Below are positions 52,692 through 61,663 of a stretch of 64,000 bases of DNA, one piece after another (the stretch's first letter is position 1; the number at the start of each line of letters is the position of its first letter). The position numbers and the translations under genes were made by a program. Under the pieces are notes generated by a model. It ran no database searches. It was not told where the DNA came from and saw only the letters and a list, made by a program, of their open reading frames with translations. Source of the DNA: Blastocatellia bacterium (GTDB taxonomy: Bacteria > Acidobacteriota > Blastocatellia > UBA7656); NCBI GenBank assembly GCA_963765495.1, contig CAVXWP010000001.1:832001-896000 (forward strand), given 5' to 3'.

Positions 52692-55043
52692 TTACTTCGA
52701 CAGGGCCGTAACCTCATTGGATTGAATACCATTCGGATTGGTGATCCTGATGTGCAACTGCGTTCCCGAGGGCGGAGCCGCCCCCGCGCTGATTTTAACT
52801 TTGATGGCGGTTGCACTGTTGACCGATACGGATTTGAGCGTGAGCGGCTGACTGTTCCCGTCAAGCACCGAAGCGGTCGCGCCGTTTACGAAATTAGTTC
52901 CCGTCATCTTTAACAGCAACAATCCCGACCCTTTCTTCTTCACTTTGACCGCGTTGATCTCAGGCCCCGTCAGGTGCCCGGCTATGATCTCAGCCGACAG
53001 ATCCGACGGCGGATTGGTATTGCGCACGCGAACCGCAAGCGGCCCCACAGTGTTGCGGACCGTTGGGTTGTCGTCAAGCTCGACTATGCGCCGCGTGGCG
53101 GCAAGCCCGGCGTCTGCCGGGATTCTGGAAATGACCGGCGTGCCGTTTATGAGAACTTGAGTATCCTGACGATAACCTGATCCGTTTATCGTCAGGCGGA
53201 TGCCGCTTTGACCCGCCGCCGCTTCCGTGACCGTCTGGCCGTTTACCGATAGCCCGACCGCATCGAGCGTGGGCGCGGGCTCAGGGTCGGGTGGCATCAT
53301 GCCTAGACGCTCGGAGAGCTTCCTGCCGCTGAAGATATAAACATTGCCCGTATCGAGTCTGTCGTTAAAGTGCCCGTCACCGTGCATGGCGTTTGCGACG
53401 TAGTCTATAAATCCGTCGCCGTCAACATCGCCGCCCGCAAGCCTGTAAGACATCTCATCGCCGTCCCGGCTTATTGAATCGTCCTCGCCGTGCGCGGCCG
53501 CAAGCCGGAACACTCGCAGGCCCGGCGGCAGGGCGTACAGCTTTATGACGGAGGGGAGAAAATCGTGCTGGCCGTAAATAAATTTGGTGTCGCCCGCGTC
53601 CTCGCGCTCATCGAGACCGTTTAAGTCGTCGCTTTTCAGAGTGTGTTCGGGGCTGCCGATAAACAGATCAGACATCCCATCTCCGTTTATATCGAAAGAG
53701 CGGACCGAATCGCCGCCGCAATCCTGATCATGTTCGCCATAGATGGCCGTTATGTGGAACGGGTAGGCGTCGGGTGTGGCCAGGTCGATGGTCGCGCCCT
53801 GCAACGCCTGATCGCCGTAGATGACATAGACGGCTCCCGTGCGGCCTTTATTATCAGGGGCCAGCGCCTGGAGCGCCCCGATTATCAGGTCTCTCTTGCC
53901 GTCGCCGTTGAGGTCTGCGCTGTGAATCTGTGAGCCGAGCAGATCAAGTTCGTGCGCGCCTATCACGCGGGTCGAGCCTGCGGGCGGAGTTCTGAGGTCT
54001 ATATTGGCAGGGATGTTTGCCGAACCGTAAAGCACATAGGCTTCGCCGCAACGAGAGCGCTGCCCACCGAAACTTGCTCCCCTGTTGTCGTGGCCGCTGT
54101 CCTCATCATCAGGCGAGACATAAGAGGCCGAATCGCGGAAGATCGAACCGCCGAACACCATGTCGCCGAATCCGTCGTTATTTATATCGCCTACGTGGAC
54201 GGCCGCGCCCCAGTGCTCTTCGGCTCCCGATCCTTTTACCTGCGTCATGCGGACGCCAGCGGGCGGATTGGCGAGATCTATAACCTGGGGCAGGGAAGGC
54301 GAGCCGAAGATTACGCAGCCGCCGCCTACGTGATGGCCCGCGTCGGAGTTGAGTTGATCCGCGCCCATGACTATATCGGCGTATCCGTCGCCGTCCAGGT
54401 CGCCTACGTCAACCCAGATGCCAGTCCGGCCTCCGAGCTGGCTGCCGTAAAAGACTATTACGCCCGGAGAGGGAGTTCCATCGGGCTGGACAAGTTCTAT
54501 ATTAGGATTGAAATCCTGATTTCCGAGCAGCAGATATACCGCGCCGGAATTTGTGCGCCCGTTGTTGAGGCCGTCATCCCCGGCCGCGCCCAAGGCTATA
54601 TCGGCCAGCCCGTCGCCGTTTACATCTCCTGTGGCGATGGATGTTCCAAGCAAATCGCCGCCGTCTACTCCGTGGACGAACTTTATCTGGGGTGGATTTT
54701 GATTGGCGTCAACGACGCCTGTATCGCTCCCGTCGCTCAAATAGATGTTGACCTGTCCGTTGTTTCTGCGAGAGAAGGCACCGGCGTACATCTGGCAAAA
54801 CATGACATCCGAGCGCCCGTCGCCGTTTACGTCGCCCGCGCCCACGGGCATGCCTATAAATCCGCCATTTCGCTCTTTTCCGAAGAGCACGAGCAGACCG
54901 TCCTGATTGAAATTGGCAAGATCGACCGCCAGTTCTATCTTATTATTGACCTGAGCCACGGCTGAAAACAGCCCTGCCGTAACCAGCATCGAAATGATTC
55001 CGAGCGCCAGAACGGAGCGCAAAACAGTACCCCTTTTGCTCAT
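52692..55043 (-). CDS. Secreted FG-GAP (integrin-alpha-like) beta-propeller protein with C-terminal IPT-like domains
   Basis: Signal peptide, seven GD(V/L/I)(N/D)GDG..D-like repeats with G.VY motifs, two C-terminal beta domains. Confidence 0.85.
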   Translation of the reverse strand: MSKRGTVLRSVLALGIISMLVTAGLFSAVAQVNNKIELAVDLANFNQDGLLVLFGKERNGGFIGMPVGAGDVNGDGRSDVMFCQMYAGAFSRRNNGQVNIYLSDGSDTGVVDANQNPPQIKFVHGVDGGDLLGTSIATGDVNGDGLADIALGAAGDDGLNNGRTNSGAVYLLLGNQDFNPNIELVQPDGTPSPGVIVFYGSQLGGRTGIWVDVGDLDGDGYADIVMGADQLNSDAGHHVGGGCVIFGSPSLPQVIDLANPPAGVRMTQVKGSGAEEHWGAAVHVGDINNDGFGDMVFGGSIFRDSASYVSPDDEDSGHDNRGASFGGQRSRCGEAYVLYGSANIPANIDLRTPPAGSTRVIGAHELDLLGSQIHSADLNGDGKRDLIIGALQALAPDNKGRTGAVYVIYGDQALQGATIDLATPDAYPFHITAIYGEHDQDCGGDSVRSFDINGDGMSDLFIGSPEHTLKSDDLNGLDEREDAGDTKFIYGQHDFLPSVIKLYALPPGLRVFRLAAAHGEDDSISRDGDEMSYRLAGGDVDGDGFIDYVANAMHGDGHFNDRLDTGNVYIFSGRKLSERLGMMPPDPEPAPTLDAVGLSVNGQTVTEAAAGQSGIRLTINGSGYRQDTQVLINGTPVISRIPADAGLAATRRIVELDDNPTVRNTVGPLAVRVRNTNPPSDLSAEIIAGHLTGPEINAVKVKKKGSGLLLLKMTGTNFVNGATASVLDGNSQPLTLKSVSVNSATAIKVKISAGAAPPSGTQLHIRITNPNGIQSNEVTALSK

Positions 55044-55214
55044 AATCTCCCTTCCCTGGATTGAATTGAAGTTGTGAATTATACAATGCGCGTGGCAAAG
55101 ATGGCGACCCCCGTTCCCGCGAAAAGATATTACAACTATGTTGTTTCAAGGACATGTCGGTTTTTCAACAAGTAGATCGGGGAAATGGGAATAGGTTGGG
55201 ACGGCCGCGGATGC

Positions 55215-55311
55215 TCGACCCCGGAGGGGTCGAAGTAAGGTAGCCAGAGGCAAGCCAAAGGCGCAGCCTCTGGAATGAATTGCAATTCAATGTGCGCCCT
55301 TCCAGGGCGCG
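55215..55311. repeat. Cluster of short palindromes, REP/BIME-like element
   Basis: TCGACCCC-gga-GGGGTCGA; CCAGAGGC..GCCTCTGG; TGAATTGCAATTCA; GCGCCCT-tcc-AGGGCGC. Confidence 0.55.
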
Positions 55312-55393
55312 CTCCATTGCGTAACATCGGTTAGTAAAACACGTCTATGAATAATTCCGTGTTGTTATGGCCCGACGAGTTTGGTTAGAGTGC

Positions 55394-55422
55394 GGAAGAA
55401 AAACCGGGCAAGCCTCGTCTAA
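55394..55422 (+). promoter_or_regulatory. Candidate autoregulatory ECF promoter
   Basis: GGAAGA-N16-CGTCTA, resembling the classical GGAAC/GTC ECF consensus, just upstream of the sigma gene. Confidence 0.5.
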
Positions 55423-55437
55423 TATGCGAATATAGGG

Positions 55438-56037
55438 ATGACAATGCTTATGGAGCAACTCGCGACAATGGAGAAACGCGAAAGCGAAGCACAAATCATC
55501 GAAGCTTGTCAGCGGGGCGACCGGGCGGCTTTTCAGCTATTGTTTGAAGCCCATAAGGACAGGGTTTATTCGATAGCTCTGCATTACGGCAATGATGAGG
55601 CGCTGGCGAAAGATGTTACCCAACAGGTCTTTTTAAAGCTCTTCACTACCATAACGCAATTTCGCCATCAGTCCGAATTCACCACCTGGCTCTATCGAAT
55701 CGTAGCAAATACTTGCGTGGACGAGCAGCGCAAGCGAAAAAGGTTCGTCCCGCTCGGCGAAGATGTAGAGGTCAGAGATATGTCAGGCAAAGATTCACAG
55801 GAAGAGGTTTTCATGAGGCGACAACTGGCCGATTCGGTCAGGGCCGCTATCGCCGATCTCTCACCGAAACTGCGGATGCCCATCCTGCTCAAGTATGTCG
55901 AGGAACTCTCTTACGATGAGATCGCCGAAGCCCTCGGCTGCTCGACCGGGACCGTAGGGTCGCGACTCAACAGGGGGCACAAGATATTGGCGCGTAAGCT
56001 CGGCCATTTGCGTGGCGCGCTTACGGCAGAGGAATGA
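55438..56037 (+). CDS. ECF RNA polymerase sigma factor (RpoE/SigW-like)
   Basis: DVTQQVFLK, FTTWLYRIVAN, LSYDEIAEALG..GTVGSRLNRG. Confidence 0.92.
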   Translation: MTMLMEQLATMEKRESEAQIIEACQRGDRAAFQLLFEAHKDRVYSIALHYGNDEALAKDVTQQVFLKLFTTITQFRHQSEFTTWLYRIVANTCVDEQRKRKRFVPLGEDVEVRDMSGKDSQEEVFMRRQLADSVRAAIADLSPKLRMPILLKYVEELSYDEIAEALGCSTGTVGSRLNRGHKILARKLGHLRGALTAEE

Positions 56038-57134
56038 TGATGTTCGACAGACACGTTTCAAAAAAGCTTTCCGCATATTGCCACGGCGAGATTTCAAGAG
56101 AAGAGACCCGCCGTGTGACAGAGCATTTGTCAAAGTGCGGTCGTTGCCGCGAGGAGTGCGAAGATATAAAACTCGGTATAAATCTGGCAAAACAACTCCC
56201 GCACGTAACGGCTCCCGAATCGCTCTGGAGCGAAATAGAATCCGCCCTGGACGGGCGCGCCGCCTCGCCCGCCTTACGGTCTGATCGGGCGCGTTCATTC
56301 TTTGGCGGGGGCTGGCCCCGCTTTGCGACTGCCACAGCCGCGCTCCTCTTTGTGGTGGCTTCGTTTGCCATCTGGTACTTTGTGCGCCCGACGGGGCCGT
56401 ACTGGTCGGTCGAAAACCTTGCGGGCTCGCCACGAGTCGGCTCTGATTACATAAAAGAGACGGGCCGCATAGGGGTAGGCCAGGTGCTTGTCACCGACGA
56501 TGAGTCGCGCGCAAGGATCAGCGTAGGCATGATAGGTCAGGTAGAGGTTGATCCGAATTCGCGCGTCAGATTGCTTGATGCGCATCTGTCGGAAAATCGT
56601 CTGGAACTTGAGCGGGGAAGATTAAAGGCAAAGATCTCTGCGCCGCCGCGTCTGTTTTTTGTCAACATCCCGTCGGCAGAAGCCGTGGATTTGGGATGCG
56701 CCTACACGCTTGAAGTTGACGATGCGGGTCGGGGGCTTCTACACGTCACAAGCGGGTGGGTGGCACTTGTGCGTGACGGGCGCGAATCGTTCGTGCCCAT
56801 AGGCGCAATGTGCGAGTCGCGCCCGCAATCAGGCCCGGGCACTCCTTATTTCGACGACGCAAGCGACACTTTCAGAGAGGCTCTTGAAAGATTCGATTTT
56901 GAAAACGGAGGCGACGCGGCGCTCTCTCAGATACTTGAAGAGGCGCGCGACCGTGACACTTTTACGCTCTGGCATCTCTTCTCGCGCGTAGACGAAGAGC
57001 GCCGCGCGCGCGTCTTTGACCGCATGGTAGGGCTTGTCGGGCTGCCCAAAGGCATCACGCGAGATGGTATAATGCATCTCGATAAAGGGATGCTTGAATT
57101 GTGGAAAGACGAACTCGATCTTGTCTGGTTCTGA
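56034..57134 (+). CDS. Anti-sigma factor, zf-HC2 + TM + FecR-like domain
   Basis: H..LSAY....HLSKCGRC, one TM, AVDLGCAYTL; overlaps the sigma stop. Confidence 0.85.
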   Translation: MMMFDRHVSKKLSAYCHGEISREETRRVTEHLSKCGRCREECEDIKLGINLAKQLPHVTAPESLWSEIESALDGRAASPALRSDRARSFFGGGWPRFATATAALLFVVASFAIWYFVRPTGPYWSVENLAGSPRVGSDYIKETGRIGVGQVLVTDDESRARISVGMIGQVEVDPNSRVRLLDAHLSENRLELERGRLKAKISAPPRLFFVNIPSAEAVDLGCAYTLEVDDAGRGLLHVTSGWVALVRDGRESFVPIGAMCESRPQSGPGTPYFDDASDTFREALERFDFENGGDAALSQILEEARDRDTFTLWHLFSRVDEERRARVFDRMVGLVGLPKGITRDGIMHLDKGMLELWKDELDLVWF

Positions 57135-57182
57135 TCCACAGTGAAAAGGACGCCAGTAAAAGTGTGACGGAGGTAACGTTAG

Positions 57183-57668
57183 ATGAAGAGATTTTTGAAA
57201 TGGGCGGGGCTTGCGCTTGTGGTTCTATTCGTAGCCGCGCAATTTTATCGGCCTGAGAAGACCAACCCGCCCGTTGACGCTTCGCAATCTATCGAAGCGC
57301 ATGCGCAAATGACGCCCGAAGTCGAGGCCATACTCAAGCGCTCCTGTTACGATTGCCATTCAAACGAGACGCGCTGGCCCTGGTACACCAATGTAGCGCC
57401 TTCCTCCTGGTTTGTGATCGATCACGTAAACGAGGCGCGCAGGCATTTGAATTTTTCCGACTGGATGAAGGTCAAGAGACGCACGAACAAACCCGACCCC
57501 GAAGGCCAGCTCGAAGAGATTACCGAACAGGTCGAAGAAGGCGAAATGCCGCTCGAATCCTATCTGCTGCTCCACCCAGATGCAAAGCTTTCCGATCAGG
57601 ATAAAAAGGTGCTCACCGACTGGGCGAAGGCCGAAAAGGAACGCCTCGCCTCGCTCTCAAAAGAGTAG
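57183..57668 (+). CDS. Heme-binding domain (Haem_bd) cytochrome c
   Basis: RSCYDCHSNET.WPWY, LNFS.W, EMP..Y...H. Confidence 0.85.
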   Translation: MKRFLKWAGLALVVLFVAAQFYRPEKTNPPVDASQSIEAHAQMTPEVEAILKRSCYDCHSNETRWPWYTNVAPSSWFVIDHVNEARRHLNFSDWMKVKRRTNKPDPEGQLEEITEQVEEGEMPLESYLLLHPDAKLSDQDKKVLTDWAKAEKERLASLSKE

Positions 57669-57750
57669 ACAGGATTAACAGGATTTAGAGGGACTCAACA
57701 AGATTCTCTTTTAATCTTGTTGAGTCCCTCTAAATCCTGTTAATCCTGTC
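57668..57750. repeat. Perfect 38-bp inverted repeat with nonamer (ACAGGATTA) outer arms
   Basis: GACAGGATTAACAGGATTTAGAGGGACTCAACAAGATT - 7-nt loop - exact reverse complement. Confidence 0.92.
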
Positions 57751-57799
57751 CACGTATCACTCGTGCTTGAGTTTCGAGGCCGGGATTATCTATGATTAG

Positions 57800-59578
57800 G
57801 TGGAGATGAGAAGTTCCCCATCGCAATCATTCAGTAGAAAACTGATCTGGTTTTTTCTCAGTTGCACGCTTGCCTCTCAGGCGCTCGCGCACGACGCGGC
57901 AAACGGCGATATGGGAGTCCGGTTCATAGACGTAGCGCAGAAGTCGGGAATAACGGCTCGAACGATTTTCGGGGACGAGCGCAAGAATCGTTACCTGCTT
58001 GAGACTACGGGTTGTGGCGCGGCCTTTCTCGACTATGATAATGATGGCCGTCAGGACATTTTCATAGTCAACGGCACGCGGCTCGACGGATTGTCGAAAG
58101 ATCAAATTCCTACCAATCACCTCTACCGCAACAAAGGCGACGGCACTTTCGAAGATGTGACCGAACGCGCAGGACTCATCCGCACAGGCTGGGGCCAGGG
58201 CGTATGCGTCGGAGATTACGACAACGACGGGCGCGAAGATATATTCATCAGTTATTTCGGAAAGAATGCCCTGTATCACAACAACGGCAACGGAACCTTT
58301 ACCGATGTGGCCGAGCGCTCAGGCGTGGCCAATAATCGCACCCGCTGGGGATCGGGCTGCGCTTTTCTCGATTATGACAAAGACGGGACGCTCGATCTGT
58401 TCGTAGCCAGTTATATCGATCTCGATCTCAAGACCGCGCCTCTGCCCGAAACCGGCCCCTGTCTATACAAAGGCGTGATGGTGGCCTGCGGCCCTCCGGG
58501 ACTTACTGGAGGCACAAACACTCTCTACCACGGCAAAAGTGACGGCACTTTTGCCGATGTTTCAGAGAAGGCCGGGATAACCAAAACCAACGGCACTTAC
58601 GGCCTGGGCATACTGGTGATGGATTTCGATAACGACACCTGGCCCGATGTTTATGTGGCAAACGATTCGGCACCCGCCGCGCTCTTCCACAACAACCAGA
58701 ACGGCACCTTCACAGATATAGGCATCGAAGCCGGCTGCGCCTTCAGCATAGACGGAAAGCCGCAGGCAGGCATGGGTGTTTCGGCGGGCGATTACGACCG
58801 TGACGGCCTGCTCGATATTTTTAAGACCAACTTTTCCGGCGACACCTCCACGCTCTATCACAACGCGGGAAAGAAGGTGTTTGACGATACCACCTTCGCC
58901 GCCGGAATAGGCATCAACACGCGATGGCTCGGCTGGGGCTGCGGTTTTGTAGATGTGGATAATAACGGCTGGCTCGATATTTTTCTGGTCAACGGTCACG
59001 TCTACCCGGAAGTGGAAAAACTCACAACCGAAGCCGGGTACGCGCAGCGAAAGGTGCTCTATAGAAACCTGCAAAACGGCCATTTCGAGGACGTTTCGGA
59101 AAAGATCGGCGGAGCGGTAATCTCGCCCGCGCCTTCGCGTGGCTGTGCCTTTGGCGATTACGATGATGACGGAGACATAGACATAATCATCAATCCCGTG
59201 AACGCCGTGCCCGAACTCCTCAGGTGCGAATCCACGAACCAAAATAACTGGATCAAGATAAAGACCATCGGCGTGAAGTCGAATCGAAGCGGGATAGGCG
59301 CTCGCATCAAATGCGTGACCGATGACGGAACCCAGATAGACGAAGTGCGAAGCGGCGGGAGCTACTATTCTCAAAATGATCTGCGCGTACACTTCGGGCT
59401 GGGAAAGGCGCAAAAGGTAAAGATGATCGAGGTAACATGGCCTAGCGGACAGATAGACACCCTCCGCGATGTGACGGCCAACCAGCTTGTCGTAGTGAAG
59501 GAAGGAGCCGGAGCGGCGAGCGCCGACCCTGTCAAGCCTGTCAAATCCGTCAAGCCTGTCAAAAAGGAGAAGAAGTAA
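57800..59578 (+). CDS. CRTAC1 family protein (FG-GAP/VCBS repeats + ASPIC/UnbV)
   Basis: DYDNDG repeats, LYRN.GDGTF.DVT, EVRSGGSYYSQ...HFGLG, WPSG. Confidence 0.9.
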   Translation: MEMRSSPSQSFSRKLIWFFLSCTLASQALAHDAANGDMGVRFIDVAQKSGITARTIFGDERKNRYLLETTGCGAAFLDYDNDGRQDIFIVNGTRLDGLSKDQIPTNHLYRNKGDGTFEDVTERAGLIRTGWGQGVCVGDYDNDGREDIFISYFGKNALYHNNGNGTFTDVAERSGVANNRTRWGSGCAFLDYDKDGTLDLFVASYIDLDLKTAPLPETGPCLYKGVMVACGPPGLTGGTNTLYHGKSDGTFADVSEKAGITKTNGTYGLGILVMDFDNDTWPDVYVANDSAPAALFHNNQNGTFTDIGIEAGCAFSIDGKPQAGMGVSAGDYDRDGLLDIFKTNFSGDTSTLYHNAGKKVFDDTTFAAGIGINTRWLGWGCGFVDVDNNGWLDIFLVNGHVYPEVEKLTTEAGYAQRKVLYRNLQNGHFEDVSEKIGGAVISPAPSRGCAFGDYDDDGDIDIIINPVNAVPELLRCESTNQNNWIKIKTIGVKSNRSGIGARIKCVTDDGTQIDEVRSGGSYYSQNDLRVHFGLGKAQKVKMIEVTWPSGQIDTLRDVTANQLVVVKEGAGAASADPVKPVKSVKPVKKEKK

Positions 59579-59590
59579 TGTGCGGCAATT

Positions 59591-59683
59591 GTAGGGGCGG
59601 GGCTTGTCCCTGCCCGGATCGCCCGAAGGGCGATGACTGCCATCGCGTTAAGGCGCGACCCGAGCAGGGACAAGCCCGCGCCG
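59591..59683. repeat. GTAG-type REP / REPIN-like element
   Basis: GTAGGGGCGGGGCTTGTCCCTGCCC ... inverted GCAGGGACAAGCCC, with an inner ATCGCCC-gaa-GGGCGAT hairpin. Confidence 0.65.
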
Positions 59684-59697
59684 CGCGAAAGGGCATA

Positions 59698-61476
59698 TTG
59701 CGCCACTCATCCCTGCGCTCAATCGGAATCTGGTTTATTGTCGGCCTGCTTCTTCTCAGCCTACTTCTTCTCGGCTCGTCTGTCGCAGAGGGACAGCGAA
59801 AGGCTTCCGTTACTGCCGAACAGCATTACAATAAGGCTCTCACACTGCTCGAAAAACAAGAGACCGATCCTGCCATCGCGGAATTGAAGGCGGCCATAAG
59901 GCTCAAGCCCCGATACGCCGACGCCCATAATGTTCTCGGGCTTGCGCTTGCGCGTAAGGGAGACATCCCCGGTGCTATTCAATCTTTTCGCAAGGCGATT
60001 GCGCTCGACCCATCCCAGTACAAAGCCCATCGCAACCTCGGCATAGCGCTTCAACAATCCTCTGATCTTGACGGCGCGATTGCGGCCTTCAAGAAATCGC
60101 TTTCGCTCAAGCCGGATGATGCCGAAACGCGCATGCTGCTCGCCCTGGCCCTGCATCAGAAAGGCGATGTCGAGGGCGCGATAAATGAATACCGCGAATC
60201 GGCCCGATTGAAGCCCGATCTTGCAGAGCCGCATTTCTATCTGGGTTATCTGCTCGCCGCAAAGGGGGAGCTGAAAGACGCGGTCTCGGAATTTGAAGAG
60301 GCCATAAAACTCAGACCCGATTACGCCGAGGCATACTATTACCTGGGGACGGCCCTGTGGTTTTCAAACGATGTGGAGGGCGCAATCAAGGCGCTAAAGA
60401 CATCGACTCGTTTGATGCCCAATCACGCCGATTCTCATTACTATCTCGGACAGGCGCTCAAGAAAGAGGGCGATCTCGACTCGGCCATAAACGAGTTTAC
60501 AACCGCCGCCCGCCTGTCTCCTGATATGGCCGAGCCTCGACACGCCATGGGGCAGGCGCTCGAAGAAAACGAAGACCTGGATGGAGCCATCGAAGCGTTT
60601 CGGATGGTGATAAAGCTGAAGCCCGATTTCATCCAGGCCTACAACGATCTTGGTCTGGTGTATGTGAGAAAACGCGACCCCGACGCGGCTATCGAGGCGT
60701 TCAACGGGGCCTTGAAACTCGACCCAAACAACATCGTAGCGCATCACAATCTGGGAATGGCCTTTATTCAAAAGAGCGATTACGCGGCCGCCATAGCCGA
60801 GTATCAAAAGTTGATCGCGCTAGTTCCCGACAATGCCGAGGCGCATTACAACCTGGGCCTCGCCTATAAGAATAAGGACGATTTCGATCAGGCCGTGGCC
60901 GAATTGACGAAGGCCGCAACCCTGCAACCCTCTTTGCGCGAGGCTCACTACACGCTCGGCGTTATCTACTTGCAGCAGTCGAAGCTAAACGAGGCCGCGA
61001 CCGCCTTCCGCGCCGCCATAACGGCGAAACCCGATTACGCGGAAGCCCACTATGCGCTTGGCACGGTCTTGCAGCAGCAATCGGATCTCGACGGCGCTAT
61101 AGCGGCATTTCGCGAGGCGATGCGATATTCGCCCAACGCTCCCGAGATTCACAACACGCTAGGGACGGCCCTGCGCCAGAAAGGCGATATGGAAGCGGCG
61201 CGGGCGGAGTTTCAAGAGGCCGCCCGGCTCAATAAATTAAAGTCGGACATGCAGGCCGCGATGTTTGCGTTCAATACGGGGATGGCGCGTCTGAAGGCTG
61301 GCGATCTCGACGCCGCAATCGAAAGGTTTGAGGCCGCAATAAAACTGACTCCCGATAGCGCCGAGGCTCATTATAATCTGGCCCGCGCGCTAAAGCAGAA
61401 AGGCCGGGTTGAGGCCGCGCGCGTGGAGTATGAAAAGGCTAAGGGACTCGACCCGCGCTTGAAGCCGATTGAATAG
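59698..61476 (+). CDS. Exported TPR repeat protein
   Basis: Hydrophobic signal segment then many P..AEAH..LG TPRs; start uncertain because the upstream extension of the ORF runs through the REP element. Confidence 0.85.
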   Translation: MRHSSLRSIGIWFIVGLLLLSLLLLGSSVAEGQRKASVTAEQHYNKALTLLEKQETDPAIAELKAAIRLKPRYADAHNVLGLALARKGDIPGAIQSFRKAIALDPSQYKAHRNLGIALQQSSDLDGAIAAFKKSLSLKPDDAETRMLLALALHQKGDVEGAINEYRESARLKPDLAEPHFYLGYLLAAKGELKDAVSEFEEAIKLRPDYAEAYYYLGTALWFSNDVEGAIKALKTSTRLMPNHADSHYYLGQALKKEGDLDSAINEFTTAARLSPDMAEPRHAMGQALEENEDLDGAIEAFRMVIKLKPDFIQAYNDLGLVYVRKRDPDAAIEAFNGALKLDPNNIVAHHNLGMAFIQKSDYAAAIAEYQKLIALVPDNAEAHYNLGLAYKNKDDFDQAVAELTKAATLQPSLREAHYTLGVIYLQQSKLNEAATAFRAAITAKPDYAEAHYALGTVLQQQSDLDGAIAAFREAMRYSPNAPEIHNTLGTALRQKGDMEAARAEFQEAARLNKLKSDMQAAMFAFNTGMARLKAGDLDAAIERFEAAIKLTPDSAEAHYNLARALKQKGRVEAARVEYEKAKGLDPRLKPIE

Positions 61477-61513
61477 TTTGGCCACGAATTCTCACAAATC
61501 ATTTCTCAGGAAA

Positions 61514-61584
61514 TTCTTTGCGTACTTCGCGTCTTTGCGCCTTTGCGAGCGACAGGTTCTCGCAAAGGCGCGAAGTACGCAGAG
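61514..61584. repeat. Inverted repeat with (TTTGCG..) units between convergent genes
   Basis: tgcgtacttcgcg..gcgcctttgcgag ... ctcgcaaaggcgcgaagtacgca. Confidence 0.65.
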
Positions 61585-61663
61585 TCTTTTATCTGGCAAT
61601 CAACGGTTTCCTGCGGTGAAGGCGGAGGCGGTTCCCACCCTTTCATATTCGATCAACGAATCG

